Position numbers and translations under genes: made by a program
Assembly (NCBI GenBank): GCA_964513145.1
Contig: CAZELK010000004.1
Location: 1-64,000, forward strand
Source of the DNA: Candidatus Woesearchaeota archaeon
GTDB taxonomy: Archaea; Nanobdellota; Nanobdellia; SCGC-AAA011-G17; JACPIM01
Direction of reading: 5' to 3'
Length of the DNA stretch: 64,000 bases
In this document: positions 27,972 through 38,554 of the stretch, piece by piece
How the letters are laid out: each line of letters begins with the position of its first letter
How positions within the stretch are numbered: the stretch's first letter is position 1
Notes under the pieces: generated by a model
What the model was told of the DNA's origin: nothing
Databases searched by the model: none
Seen by the model: only the letters and a program-made list of their open reading frames with translations

Positions 27972-29966
27972 ATGAAAATTTTTATTGGCTATCCACCGAC
28001 TGTAACAAGATTTAAAGGTACTCCTTTATTGAGTCAAAACAGGCAATATCAAGTTTTTCATGTTCATACTACTTTATTTCCTGTTGTTTTAGCTACTGGG
28101 GCAACAATGTTGCGTGATAAAGGCCATGAAGTTACATGGATCGACTGTATTGCTGAAAAATTAAGTACTGAAGAATTTGATAAGTTAGTCGAAGAGAAAA
28201 AACCAGGAATTTTGTTTTTTGAAACAAAAGCACCAGTTGTAAAGATTCACTGGGATACTATAAACAGACTAAAAGAAAAATTTCCAAACCTGAAAATTTG
28301 TGTAATGGGGGATCATGTTTCTGCAGTAGATTTATCATTGGGTTTACAAAAAGAATTTATGGAAAACTGCAAAGTAGACTATATAATAAACGGAGGTTAT
28401 TTTGATTTTGCAATTTGTGAATTAGTAGAAGCCCTATCTAAAAATAAAAAGATACCGCAAGGAATTTGGTATAAAGAAAAGGGGAAAGTTGTTGAAAATG
28501 GAAGATATAATTTTACTGGGAACTTAGATGATGCTCCAATTATTGACAGAGTTTTTACTAAAAATCATTTGTATCAGCATGAATTTAATTTAATTGGTCG
28601 TCCATTAGCCTATATAATGGCTGGAAGAGATTGCTGGTACGGAAAATGTACATTCTGTTTCCATCCAGATACAAAAATAACAACTAAAGAAGGAATTAAA
28701 AAAATTAAAGATATAAGATTAGGTGAAGAAATTCTAACCCATAATGGTAATTATTTCAAGAATAATTTTATTTTCCAAAGATATTACTCTGGAAAATTAA
28801 TAAAAATAAAATCCCATAATTTACCAGACGAAGTAAAATGTACTCCAAATCATAAATTATTTGCTATTAAAAGGGGAAAAAAAGAACCTAAGTTTATTGA
28901 AGCCGAAAATTTAGAAGTTGGAGATTTATTAACATCACCAATAAAAGAAGAACAAATAAGTAATTTACAAATTAATTCTAATAATTTAATGTTTGAAACT
29001 CAATTAAATAAAAAAAATGAATATTCAACATTTCCAATAAAAGAAATTAAAAAAGAAGAATATTATGGTGATGTTTACAATATTTCAGTAGAAAATGAAC
29101 ATTCTTACACAGCTAATTTAATTGGAGTATCTAATTGCGTTTGGGACACTAATCTATATCCTAAAGGATCATTCAGAGGAAGATCACCAGAGAATGTAAT
29201 GAAAGAAGTAAAGTATTTAGTTGATGAATGTGGTGTAAAAGAAATTTTTGATGATGCTGGAACAATTATTGTAGGTCCATGGTTAAAAAAGTTTTGTAAT
29301 TTAATGATAGAATCAGGCTATAATAAAAAAGTAATTTATTCAGGAAATATGAGGTTTGGTGCGGTAACTGCTGATGACTATAAACTAATGAAACAAGCTG
29401 GTTTCAGATTATTAAAATATGGTTTAGAATCTGGTTGTCAAACTACAATTGATAAATTAGATAAGGGTACAAAAATAACTGAAGTTGAAAAAAGTTTAAA
29501 AGAAGCTAAAGAAGCTCAATTAACAAATCACTTAACTATGATGTGTGGGTACAGTTTTGAAACTCGAGAAGATGCTTTAAAAACGTATAAATTAGCAAAA
29601 AGATTAATGTTAAAAGGTTATGCTGATGTTTTACAAAGTACTGTAATTATTCCTTATCCGGGAACTCCTTTATATAAAGAAGGAATGGAAAAAAATTGGT
29701 TCAGATTTGATCCTAGAGATTATGAAAGATTTGATATGCGTGAACCAGTATTTAAAACTCCAGATATGACTTCAGAACAAGTTACAAAATTAAATAATAA
29801 AATTTATTATATATTTATGGACCCGCGATATGTTCTTCGACATTTAAGAAAAATAAAATCTTTTGAAGATATTATGTATACATTAAGAGGAATAAAGGCA
29901 GTAGTAGGACATATACTAGATTTTAGCACAACCGCTCCAAAAGCAGAAGACAGCCCTATAAGATGA
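27972..29966 (+). CDS. B12-binding (class B-like) radical SAM protein containing a mini-intein
   Basis: N-terminal cobalamin-binding domain; DCWYGKCTF|C motif split by the intein; FDDAG, YGLESG, IIPYPGT. Confidence 0.9.
   Translation: MKIFIGYPPTVTRFKGTPLLSQNRQYQVFHVHTTLFPVVLATGATMLRDKGHEVTWIDCIAEKLSTEEFDKLVEEKKPGILFFETKAPVVKIHWDTINRLKEKFPNLKICVMGDHVSAVDLSLGLQKEFMENCKVDYIINGGYFDFAICELVEALSKNKKIPQGIWYKEKGKVVENGRYNFTGNLDDAPIIDRVFTKNHLYQHEFNLIGRPLAYIMAGRDCWYGKCTFCFHPDTKITTKEGIKKIKDIRLGEEILTHNGNYFKNNFIFQRYYSGKLIKIKSHNLPDEVKCTPNHKLFAIKRGKKEPKFIEAENLEVGDLLTSPIKEEQISNLQINSNNLMFETQLNKKNEYSTFPIKEIKKEEYYGDVYNISVENEHSYTANLIGVSNCVWDTNLYPKGSFRGRSPENVMKEVKYLVDECGVKEIFDDAGTIIVGPWLKKFCNLMIESGYNKKVIYSGNMRFGAVTADDYKLMKQAGFRLLKYGLESGCQTTIDKLDKGTKITEVEKSLKEAKEAQLTNHLTMMCGYSFETREDALKTYKLAKRLMLKGYADVLQSTVIIPYPGTPLYKEGMEKNWFRFDPRDYERFDMREPVFKTPDMTSEQVTKLNNKIYYIFMDPRYVLRHLRKIKSFEDIMYTLRGIKAVVGHILDFSTTAPKAEDSPIR
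28656..29135 (+). mobile_element. Mini-intein (160 aa, no endonuclease)
   Basis: Starts CFHPDTKITT, block B CTPNHKLF, ends VYNISVENEHSYTANLIGVSN followed by Cys+1. Confidence 0.93.
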
Positions 29967-29984
29967 TAAAAAGTTTTAAAATAC

Positions 29985-30176
29985 TTAATGATTTTCCAAA
30001 TTTGACTTAGTATTGGAGTAAGCATATCTCTTTCTAAAACTATTAAAAAATAATATTAAACCAAGAAAGATAAGTGGTAAAGAATAGTATGTTGCTAAAG
30101 GTTCTTTAGAATTTATAATTACAATTGTCCCCATAATTATCCCAAATAAACCGCCTGAAAAATGTTTAGCATTCAT
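29985..30176 (-). CDS. Small two-TM protein
   Basis: Two hydrophobic helices in 63 aa. Confidence 0.5.
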   Translation of the reverse strand: MNAKHFSGGLFGIIMGTIVIINSKEPLATYYSLPLIFLGLILFFNSFRKRYAYSNTKSNLENH

Positions 30177-30314
30177 AATACCTAACCAGAATATGAGCTT
30201 TATAAATTTAATTATAAGAATTTTGAAATAATTTCAATATTTCATGTTTAAAATCGAAAACTCTCCGAATATTTTTACAAAAAAGTTATAAAAGAAATTA
30301 TCCTTAATTAATTT

Positions 30315-30635
30315 ATGAAAGAAGCTGAAAAACAAGACCTTGTAGAAAATATTGTCAGGTTAGTTGTCTATATAATTATTTGTTATTTTATATTGAAGAT
30401 ATTCAGGGTGATTTAAATTCGTTATTTAAAAGTAATCTTTCAGGGTTTTTATTTTCTTTTAATATTTATTACTATATTTGATTTATCTACTAGCTTTATG
30501 TATAAAATTAATTTGATTAACGAAATTCTAAATTTTAAAGATATCTTAATATTTGGTTTTAGTTCGTTGTATATTGCTTTATTAAATATAACCTCTGCTA
30601 AATTATTTGGTTTTGAGATATTGAAACAAGAATGA
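30315..30635 (+). pseudogene. Membrane protein reading frame interrupted by in-frame TAA
   Basis: MKEAEKQDL...IFRVI*IRYLKVIF...LKQE*; one frame, stop at 30414-30416. Confidence 0.45.
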
Positions 30636-30636
30636 T

Positions 30637-30945
30637 TTATTTTTGTCCTAATTCTCTTTCTAATTTATTTGCGGCTGCTTGTTTTCTTAAAGACCCATAT
30701 ACTATTTTTGCTCCAGCCGCTAATCCTAAAAGAATAAAATCAGCACTAATCCCATAATGTGAACGAACATGATCTTTAATATCCTCCAAAAAAAGACCTA
30801 AATTTGGTTTTTCTCTTAATATTATTCTAAGATCTTTAATATCATTAATATCCAAATAAAAATCCGAGTCTAAATTGCTCATCGCTTTTATAGTTTCTTC
30901 ACTAACTACAGGCAATCCGTCTTTAGTATAATTGAATTCTGGCAT
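30637..30945 (-). CDS. Hypothetical protein
   Basis: 102-aa ORF. Confidence 0.55.
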   Translation of the reverse strand: MPEFNYTKDGLPVVSEETIKAMSNLDSDFYLDINDIKDLRIILREKPNLGLFLEDIKDHVRSHYGISADFILLGLAAGAKIVYGSLRKQAAANKLERELGQK

Positions 30946-30974
30946 TTGTTTTCGTCAATAATAAATCTTTATAA

Positions 30975-32276
30975 ATGTTACTAATTAGACTTAAATTTAT
31001 GAACAAATATACTCAATTAGGATTAAAAGTTGACAAAGAAATAGACAATCAATTAAAAATAGTTTCTGAAGAAATATGTAAAAATATTAATGATGTAAAA
31101 AGCATCATAATTTATGGCGGTTTTGGTCGTGGTGAAGGATCAGTAAAAAAAGTAAATGGTAAATATTACCCAGCAAATGATTTTGATATTTATGTTATTA
31201 CTGAGAAAAAAGCTGATGGCGAACTATTAGACAACATAGCTAAAACTGTTGCTGCAAGATTAGGAAGCAAGGGAATAGAATTTAATAAATTTGACAAAAA
31301 CTGGAGTTTTGAGGACAATTTCTATTTGGATTTAAAGTGCTTAACTTTAAATGAATTAAAAAAATTAGTGCCTATGATAAGGTACTATGAATTAAGAAAT
31401 TCAACCAACATAATTTATGGAGAAGATGTCAGGAATTTAATACCTGACTACAAAATAGAAGATATTCCTTTAGGTGAAGGATTTAGAGTTTTATTAAATA
31501 GAATGACACATTTAGTGGAGTATTTCTCAACTGAAGGAAAACATAATGATTTAGTTTTGAGTTTTTTCTGCACAAAAGCATATATAGACAGCTGTACTGC
31601 ATTGTCTCTGCTTTCAAAAAGATATTCTCCTTCTTATAAAAAAAGAATGGAAGAATTTTATAATAATTATAAAGAAGACTTTCCAGAATTATATGATAAA
31701 CTACCTGATTTACATGAAAAAATCAAGAAATATACTTTATGGAAATTAAATTTTAATGGATTGCCTGAGAAAAATGCTGTTAAATTTTGGCTGCAAACAA
31801 GAAAAGATCTTTTGGAAGTTGTTAAATATTTTATTTCAAAATTAACTAATAAAAAAATAGAGACTATCGAAGAATTAAGTTTAGCAATTATTAATTTAGG
31901 GAATGAATATTATGAACCTTATAGCAAATATTTTTTACAAAATAAATTTAATGTCAGATCAAAAATGTTAATTAAGATTATATCTAAGTGTATACCTTGG
32001 GGTTTTAAGTATTTATATTTTAAGAAAATATTAAAAGAAAAAAAGTTTTATCCAGAAATTTTATTGAATAAGAGAAGCCCTGACGTAATAATATTTGGGT
32101 CTGTACCTTTTATATTATTTGCAATTGATGAAGATTTAAATATTGTACAAGAAAATTTTAATAAGGGTTTTAAGACTTTAAGCAATGTATTTCCTACTAA
32201 AGCTAAAAATTGGGAAGAACTAAGCCAGGATTATGCTGATGCTTATATTTTATTTTATTTAATGAAGATTGTTTAA
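30975..32276 (+). CDS. Pol-beta-superfamily nucleotidyltransferase with long helical C-terminus
   Basis: IIYGGFGRGEG...NDFDIYV. Confidence 0.75.
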   Translation: MLLIRLKFMNKYTQLGLKVDKEIDNQLKIVSEEICKNINDVKSIIIYGGFGRGEGSVKKVNGKYYPANDFDIYVITEKKADGELLDNIAKTVAARLGSKGIEFNKFDKNWSFEDNFYLDLKCLTLNELKKLVPMIRYYELRNSTNIIYGEDVRNLIPDYKIEDIPLGEGFRVLLNRMTHLVEYFSTEGKHNDLVLSFFCTKAYIDSCTALSLLSKRYSPSYKKRMEEFYNNYKEDFPELYDKLPDLHEKIKKYTLWKLNFNGLPEKNAVKFWLQTRKDLLEVVKYFISKLTNKKIETIEELSLAIINLGNEYYEPYSKYFLQNKFNVRSKMLIKIISKCIPWGFKYLYFKKILKEKKFYPEILLNKRSPDVIIFGSVPFILFAIDEDLNIVQENFNKGFKTLSNVFPTKAKNWEELSQDYADAYILFYLMKIV

Positions 32277-32789
32277 ATTTTTGACTATATCTTTAAAATC
32301 TTCAAATCTTCTACGGCAATTTTCAGTAGCTGAATTTTTATTTACGTAATTACTGGATATTTCAATTAATATTTCTAAAGGATTTTTATTTTCTTTAATT
32401 CCTTCTTTAAATAAATCAAAGTTTTCTTTATGACCAAATATTGTAGGGTCAAATTTTAATGGATCTGGAAAGAATACTGCAACATATGCTGAATTAATAT
32501 CATCTAGACCATGATGTTTTAGTAAATCATATAAAAACAACTCGCCAGTTACCCAAAATCCTAAACTTTCTGACTCTATTATTTCTTTTGCTTTTTGGCT
32601 CATTTGAGAAACTACATGTAAAAAATAATCTGATAAATTAGTATGGCTGCCTCTTGGAACATATTTACTATTAAATCCTTTATAATCATTTATTGTTTTC
32701 TCAATTTTCATTTTTCTTTTTTTAACTGTTTTTAAGATGCTTCTCAAAAAAATTATATGCTCTTTCACGTGCTTCTCTCGGCAATTCAT
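32259..32789 (-). CDS. Hypothetical protein
   Basis: ORF overlapping the hydrolase stop; real start probably MKIEK. Confidence 0.5.
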   Translation of the reverse strand: MNCREKHVKEHIIFLRSILKTVKKRKMKIEKTINDYKGFNSKYVPRGSHTNLSDYFLHVVSQMSQKAKEIIESESLGFWVTGELFLYDLLKHHGLDDINSAYVAVFFPDPLKFDPTIFGHKENFDLFKEGIKENKNPLEILIEISSNYVNKNSATENCRRRFEDFKDIVKNLNNLH

Positions 32790-33861
32790 GACCTACTTTG
32801 GGCAAATAAATTGATGAAAAATATGTCTCTTTTCCCAACTTTTTGTATAATTCAGCAGTTTTATTAATTTTATTTTCTGCCTCTATTTTTGGAAATATTG
32901 GGTCTTCTTCTGAATATATTATCATTAATGATCTTGGTGCTATTAAAGTTAATAAGCCCTCAGTGTCAACATATTTTGCAACGCCAGGCAATACAGTAAG
33001 CCATGTTTTGAGGATAGCACTTTCTGCATGTTGCCTGATATTTGCTACTGAACTTGATAAAACTGTTGATTTAATTCTATTATCTAAAGCAGCCAAATAC
33101 ATGCATCTTGTTCCACCCATTGAATGCCCGATACAGCCTATTCTATTATTATCTACATAGCTTAAGGAACTTAAAATATTTAAAGCCATTATTTCTTCTT
33201 GTATCATTATTCCGATTGGTGGATGACCAATTTCTATTAGCTGTTGCGCCTGAATTTCTTCCATAATCTCGGGAGAAGTATTTGTTTCCTTAACTGATAA
33301 ATAACTATCACCAAATAAAGGAGCATCTATTGCTAAAACAACATATCCTCTTTCAGCAAGTTCTTTTCCATAAAATAAATCCTTGTTTCCAGCATTGCCG
33401 ACAACTTCATCTTTGCCATATTCATAAAAACCACCATGTTGGTGCATAGCCATTACAGCAGGCATTTTTCTATTAATTATTTTAGGCACTAAAAGATAAG
33501 CATAGCGTCCAGTCATATTTGATGTATATAAAAAAATCTTTTTCTCAGTATAATCTCCCTTATCAATTGAGGTAATTTCATCTATTTTTGGTTTCTTAAA
33601 TTGTATTAATGGCATATTCATTAATTCAAATAATTTATATCTTAATTTTTTATCAAAAGTAATTTTATCTCGATCATCCTTTATATCAGAGATATCAAAT
33701 TTTGGTTCTTGATTTCTCTCAATATATTTCACTCCAAAAAATGCAAACCATATATCCTTTGATATTTCAGAATTATTATCTAATCCTTGATTTTCTTTGC
33801 AACTATTAATAGAACTAATTACTAAAAGAATAATAAAGACTTTTATAAATTTGAATTTCAT
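32722..33861 (-). CDS. Secreted alpha/beta hydrolase (dienelactone hydrolase-like)
   Basis: Signal peptide with Cys; PAVMAMHQHGG; nucleophile elbow IGHSMGG; GHEL. Confidence 0.85.
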   Translation of the reverse strand: MKFKFIKVFIILLVISSINSCKENQGLDNNSEISKDIWFAFFGVKYIERNQEPKFDISDIKDDRDKITFDKKLRYKLFELMNMPLIQFKKPKIDEITSIDKGDYTEKKIFLYTSNMTGRYAYLLVPKIINRKMPAVMAMHQHGGFYEYGKDEVVGNAGNKDLFYGKELAERGYVVLAIDAPLFGDSYLSVKETNTSPEIMEEIQAQQLIEIGHPPIGIMIQEEIMALNILSSLSYVDNNRIGCIGHSMGGTRCMYLAALDNRIKSTVLSSSVANIRQHAESAILKTWLTVLPGVAKYVDTEGLLTLIAPRSLMIIYSEEDPIFPKIEAENKINKTAELYKKLGKETYFSSIYLPKVGHELPREARERAYNFFEKHLKNS

Positions 33862-33979
33862 ATGTAATCTATCTTTTCTTTCTATTCATCAATTTTTAAA
33901 TTTTTAGGCACTCTGTACTTGTCATAAAATTTCTAATTTATAAACTTTTAGACCAATATTTATAAAACCTTGATTTTAT

Positions 33980-35092
33980 ATGTTTTTGATGAAAACTCTA
34001 ATTTTGTATATAGATGCTTTGGGATTTAATTTTATTAATAAAGAGAACACACCATTTTTATATAATTATGGCGCTGAAAATTCATTAGTTAAATTAAAGA
34101 CTTTATTAGGATATACTGCCATAGAGAATACATTCATAACTGGAAAAAAACCAAATGAAACTGGCATATGGACAGAATTTATACATAAAAGAAATTATTT
34201 AGGCAGTTTTTTAAAAATTATATTATTGCCAAACTTTGCTTTGTCTTATATTTATGCTTTGTTGAATTATTTTAATGGCGCCACTTTTCTTTCAAAACTC
34301 CATAATATACCAAGAAGATATTTTGGAAAATTCAACAGCAGTGTTAGGGATGGATTATGGAAAAGAGAATATTTTCAGAACAAATCTTTTGTTTATTATG
34401 GGTGGCCTTTTTTTGTTGTAAATAACAAAATAAAACTGGATTTCATTAAAAGAAATGATGAATATAAAGTAAAGAAATTCATAAAAAGCTTTAATGAAAA
34501 AATTGACTTATATTTTATTCACTTGGTTGATTTGGATAAAAAAATGCATGAATTTGGAACTAGACATGAGAATTCAATTGACGAGATAAAAAAACAAGAT
34601 TATTATGCGAGCTTAATTGTAAATGAATTTAAGAGCAAATTCAGAAATTCCAAAATAATTATATGGAGTGATCATGGTTTTATTGACATAAAAGGTTATA
34701 TAGATATAAATGAGATTTTAAGAAACTTAAAAGGAATAGAATATTTTTTAGATTCAACAATAGCAAGATTTTGGTTTAAGAATAATGAGTCAAGAGATAT
34801 TTTATTAAAAATATTAAAAGACAGAAAAGATGGTGTTGTTGTCGGTTTAAATGAAAGAAATAAATATAATATTCCTTTTGGCATTGAATATGGCGAAGTA
34901 ATATTTGCTGTAAACCCTGGTTATTTAATTTTGCCTAATTTTTATCAAGGTTCAAAGGCTGTAAAGGGAATGCACGGCTATATGCCTGACAAAGCTGATT
35001 TGGATGCCTTTTTTATAATAAATAAGAAAATAAATAAAAAGACTTTAAATATGGACGAGGTTTTGTTTTTTTTAGAAGATGGAAACTTATAA
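33980..35092 (+). CDS. Alkaline phosphatase superfamily (type I phosphodiesterase/nucleotide pyrophosphatase)
   Basis: LYIDALG, LDKKMHEFG, WSDHGF, GMHGY. Confidence 0.85.
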   Translation: MFLMKTLILYIDALGFNFINKENTPFLYNYGAENSLVKLKTLLGYTAIENTFITGKKPNETGIWTEFIHKRNYLGSFLKIILLPNFALSYIYALLNYFNGATFLSKLHNIPRRYFGKFNSSVRDGLWKREYFQNKSFVYYGWPFFVVNNKIKLDFIKRNDEYKVKKFIKSFNEKIDLYFIHLVDLDKKMHEFGTRHENSIDEIKKQDYYASLIVNEFKSKFRNSKIIIWSDHGFIDIKGYIDINEILRNLKGIEYFLDSTIARFWFKNNESRDILLKILKDRKDGVVVGLNERNKYNIPFGIEYGEVIFAVNPGYLILPNFYQGSKAVKGMHGYMPDKADLDAFFIINKKINKKTLNMDEVLFFLEDGNL

Positions 35093-36269
35093 CTTTACAG
35101 ATAAAGTTTATTTAGAAAACTGCAAAAATGCTAAAGAAGTTTTTAATTTTATAGACAAAACTCTGGATAATTATAAATTGCCTAAAGACAAGAATGCTAG
35201 AATAGTTTTAAAACCTAATTTTAACAATGACATGAATGCATTAATCGGGAATTCTACTGATTTAAGGGTTATTGTTGGTATAATAAAGGCACTTCAAAAG
35301 AGAAAGTACAAAAATATAACTATAGCTGAGGGCCCTAATTGTGGTATTGACCACATGAATATTGATGTTTTTAAAAGATTAAGAATAGACAAAATTGCTG
35401 AATTATTTAATGTTAGTTTAGTAAATTTAAACAAATCAGATTATGAGGTCGTTGACCTTGTTACTGGAAAAGCTAAAATTGGAAAAATAATTTTAGACAA
35501 TGATTTTTTGATTAATTTGCCAAAAGTTAAGACTCATATTGAAGTTGGAATGACTATTTGCCTGAAGAATTTTGTTGGATGCTATCAGGCTTTAGACAAA
35601 AGAAATATTCATGACAGCTTGGTTGAGAACATAGTAAAAATGAATTTAATTAAGAAACCAGACTTAAACATAGTTGACGGTTTAATTGCTATGGAAGGAA
35701 ACGGTCCTGCTGCAGGAATACCTAAAAAATTAAATTTAATTTTAATTGGAAAGAATTCATTTACAACTGATTTATTATGTACAAAATTATTTGATTTTGA
35801 TATTGGTGATGTTCCTTATTTAAAATTAGCTATAGAAAAAGGACATATAAATAAAGACGATTTGGAATATTCTAAAACTATTAAACAAGTTGCTTCTTTG
35901 AAAAAAGCTAAGGAAAATTTGTTTGCAAGAGTATTCTTAAATAATTTCTTTGTTAGATTAAGGTATAACAGATTTATTGATCCTTTATTCAGGAACGGAC
36001 CCATACCAAGTTTTTTTAATATAATTGGAGTAAGACAGGATGTTTATGATTTTAGTGATGATAATATAACTAAATTACATTTAAATGGTTATTCTGAAAA
36101 ATGTGAGGAAGTTTGTCCAATAAGCTTGAGAACTCCAAAAGACAAAAAATGTTTTCAATGTCTATATTGTTTAATGGTTGATAAAGAAATTAAACATGAA
36201 GGGAAATTAGGATTTTTAAAAAATCAATTAAATAGATATGATAAGCATTTAAAAAATTTATATCCCTAA
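35079..36269 (+). CDS. DUF362 domain protein with C-terminal Fe-S-like cysteines
   Basis: VLKPNF, INLPKVKTH, IVDGLIAMEGNGP, CEEVCP..CFQCLYC. Confidence 0.85.
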   Translation: METYNFTDKVYLENCKNAKEVFNFIDKTLDNYKLPKDKNARIVLKPNFNNDMNALIGNSTDLRVIVGIIKALQKRKYKNITIAEGPNCGIDHMNIDVFKRLRIDKIAELFNVSLVNLNKSDYEVVDLVTGKAKIGKIILDNDFLINLPKVKTHIEVGMTICLKNFVGCYQALDKRNIHDSLVENIVKMNLIKKPDLNIVDGLIAMEGNGPAAGIPKKLNLILIGKNSFTTDLLCTKLFDFDIGDVPYLKLAIEKGHINKDDLEYSKTIKQVASLKKAKENLFARVFLNNFFVRLRYNRFIDPLFRNGPIPSFFNIIGVRQDVYDFSDDNITKLHLNGYSEKCEEVCPISLRTPKDKKCFQCLYCLMVDKEIKHEGKLGFLKNQLNRYDKHLKNLYP

Positions 36270-36584
36270 TTTTATAAAGCTGACAAAACCAACTAAATCC
36301 AGATATAAACTGACTTTATTTTTTTGAGCATAATCTTCAAAGATTTTATAAATAAAGTTCAGGTCAAAACCTGGAAAGTCACACTTGAAAATTACATTTA
36401 ATTCTTCAGGCTTAATATTTTTATTTTCTATCAAAGAAACTGCCAAAGAAGCCAAGTCTTTTAATCCTTTATTTGATTTACTTGATTTAATGCCTAGAAT
36501 TGGTGGATTATAAATTATTTTATAGCTTAAGTTATCTTCTATTTTAGAATTATAGTCTCCGGATTTCTCAAATATTATTTCCAT
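36258..36584 (-). CDS. Hypothetical protein
   Basis: 108-aa ORF. Confidence 0.5.
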   Translation of the reverse strand: MEIIFEKSGDYNSKIEDNLSYKIIYNPPILGIKSSKSNKGLKDLASLAVSLIENKNIKPEELNVIFKCDFPGFDLNFIYKIFEDYAQKNKVSLYLDLVGFVSFIKLGI

Positions 36585-36611
36585 TATTAGTTTGTTAAAA
36601 AAAAAGTATTT

Positions 36612-38111
36612 TTAAAAGTTTTGTTTTTCTATGAATTCATATATGATTAATGATGGATTTTGCTGCTGCTGGTCTTGGAAATAAACTCTTGATACCTTCA
36701 AGCTGTCTTTATTCTCATCTGGATATTTGTAAAATGCGTCAGCAGAACGCTCATACATTGAAACAACATAAAACTTTGGTTTTAAATTTAATACTTCTTC
36801 TTTTGTTTCAACATAATACGTAGACCTGTCTGAATAATATTGCATTTGTGGTATTGAATTTGAAATTATTACTTCTCCGGGCTTTGAGTTTTCCTTCATC
36901 CATATTGCTGCTTCTTTAACCTGTATATAAGAACCTTTTTTTGAGTTTATCAATTCATTAGAACTTTTAATTTGTGAGAAAGAACCAACCAGCAGCAGGA
37001 TTACAATTACTATTAAAGCAGTATATTTATTGTAATTTTTTGCATATTCATAAATTCTAAACAAACCATATGCAGCTATAATTGCAATTATCGGCAATAT
37101 GCCGATTAAGTATCTTTCTTCAATATATAAGCTCTTCATGCCATGATAAATAAACGGCGGCAGCATAAACATAAACAAAAACAAGTTTTTTTGAAGGCTT
37201 GTTTCTTTAAACAGCAAATCAGGAGCAATAACAAAATCCAGTAAAAAAAATAATCCAATAATGAATGTTATGAACAAAAACCAGCCAATATTTCCTGGTA
37301 CTGCAATTAAATATTGATACAAACCAGATATGCCTAGATATGGCTGCTTGTCTTTTGCAGGAACACCAACTTCACCATAATGCCTTAAGAAATCTTGAAC
37401 ACCGCCAGGATAATTTTTTTGATATAAAATAAAAAACGGAGACAATATTAATAATATCAATAAAAAGGCACCAATCATGTGCTTATTTTTCCAGAATTTT
37501 CCTTTCTCTTTAATTAAATAAACAAAAACAAATGATATAATTGCCAGGAATATAGCAAACCTGACTGACATTGCCAAACCAGCAAATAAGCCGAATAAGT
37601 AAATATATTTAGTATTATTTTCTTTTATATAACCTTTGTAAAAATAATAAACAGCAAATAACATTAATGCTGCGGCCGGAACTGAATTTAACAGTCTGGT
37701 TGTTTCAAACAAAATAATTTTTGAAAATGCCATTGCAAAGGCAGCTACAAGTGCTATTTTTTTATTAAATAATTCTTTTGCTGCCAAATAAGTTGCAAAT
37801 ACCAATAAAACCGAAAATAAAACTTCTGTAAATCTTAATGCTGCTTCATCTAAACCTATGCTAAATAACAATGACCAAAAAACAGGCAAGAAAATAGTTC
37901 TCCTGTAATACCATATATCATTTGTTTCCAAATCAAGGCCTAATCTTCTGGCTTCTTCAGCATATTGTGCTTCATCCCACCATACTGGCTGATCAATAGT
38001 CGAAAATAGGAAATATAAGCGGATTATAAATGATAATAAAAGAATAAATATTAGTATGATGTTATAATAATCCTTAAAAAATTCAATTGTCTTTTTTTTT
38101 ATTTCAATCAT
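36612..38111 (-). CDS. GT-C fold glycosyltransferase (family 39/PMT-2-like)
   Basis: WWDEAQY, many TM helices, ERYLIGILP. Confidence 0.85.
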   Translation of the reverse strand: MIEIKKKTIEFFKDYYNIILIFILLLSFIIRLYFLFSTIDQPVWWDEAQYAEEARRLGLDLETNDIWYYRRTIFLPVFWSLLFSIGLDEAALRFTEVLFSVLLVFATYLAAKELFNKKIALVAAFAMAFSKIILFETTRLLNSVPAAALMLFAVYYFYKGYIKENNTKYIYLFGLFAGLAMSVRFAIFLAIISFVFVYLIKEKGKFWKNKHMIGAFLLILLILSPFFILYQKNYPGGVQDFLRHYGEVGVPAKDKQPYLGISGLYQYLIAVPGNIGWFLFITFIIGLFFLLDFVIAPDLLFKETSLQKNLFLFMFMLPPFIYHGMKSLYIEERYLIGILPIIAIIAAYGLFRIYEYAKNYNKYTALIVIVILLLVGSFSQIKSSNELINSKKGSYIQVKEAAIWMKENSKPGEVIISNSIPQMQYYSDRSTYYVETKEEVLNLKPKFYVVSMYERSADAFYKYPDENKDSLKVSRVYFQDQQQQNPSLIIYEFIEKQNF

Positions 38112-38554
38112 TTTATATTTCTAACTTCTCTTATTCTTTTTCTAATATCATACCTTATTTTATTGTAAATTAAATTTGATATCTTAAGAATATTATCTGA
38201 TTTAAATTCTTCAAATTGGCTTATACCACCTTCAAGATTGTATTTTCTTTTGCCATTTTTATCTTTGATAATTACTTCTTCCAATTTGTCATTAATTTCT
38301 GGGCTAATATTATCTTTCCAATCAATACTTTTTTCATCTTTTTTATCAATGAACGTATAAATTGTATTCCCCTTGTAAAGAATTAATTGATTTTCTGTGA
38401 ATCCATTAAATGGATTATAATTAAGAACAGATTCCCTATAGACATACTTGGCTTCATTTTTAAAAGTGCCTGAGAATATTGTCTCATTATGCAAACGCAA
38501 ACCCATGTATATAGCAGATAAAACCCCAAATAATGCATATTTTATTTTTTTCAT
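38108..38554 (-). CDS. Hypothetical protein
   Basis: 148-aa ORF coupled between the glycosyltransferases. Confidence 0.55.
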   Translation of the reverse strand: MKKIKYALFGVLSAIYMGLRLHNETIFSGTFKNEAKYVYRESVLNYNPFNGFTENQLILYKGNTIYTFIDKKDEKSIDWKDNISPEINDKLEEVIIKDKNGKRKYNLEGGISQFEEFKSDNILKISNLIYNKIRYDIRKRIREVRNIK

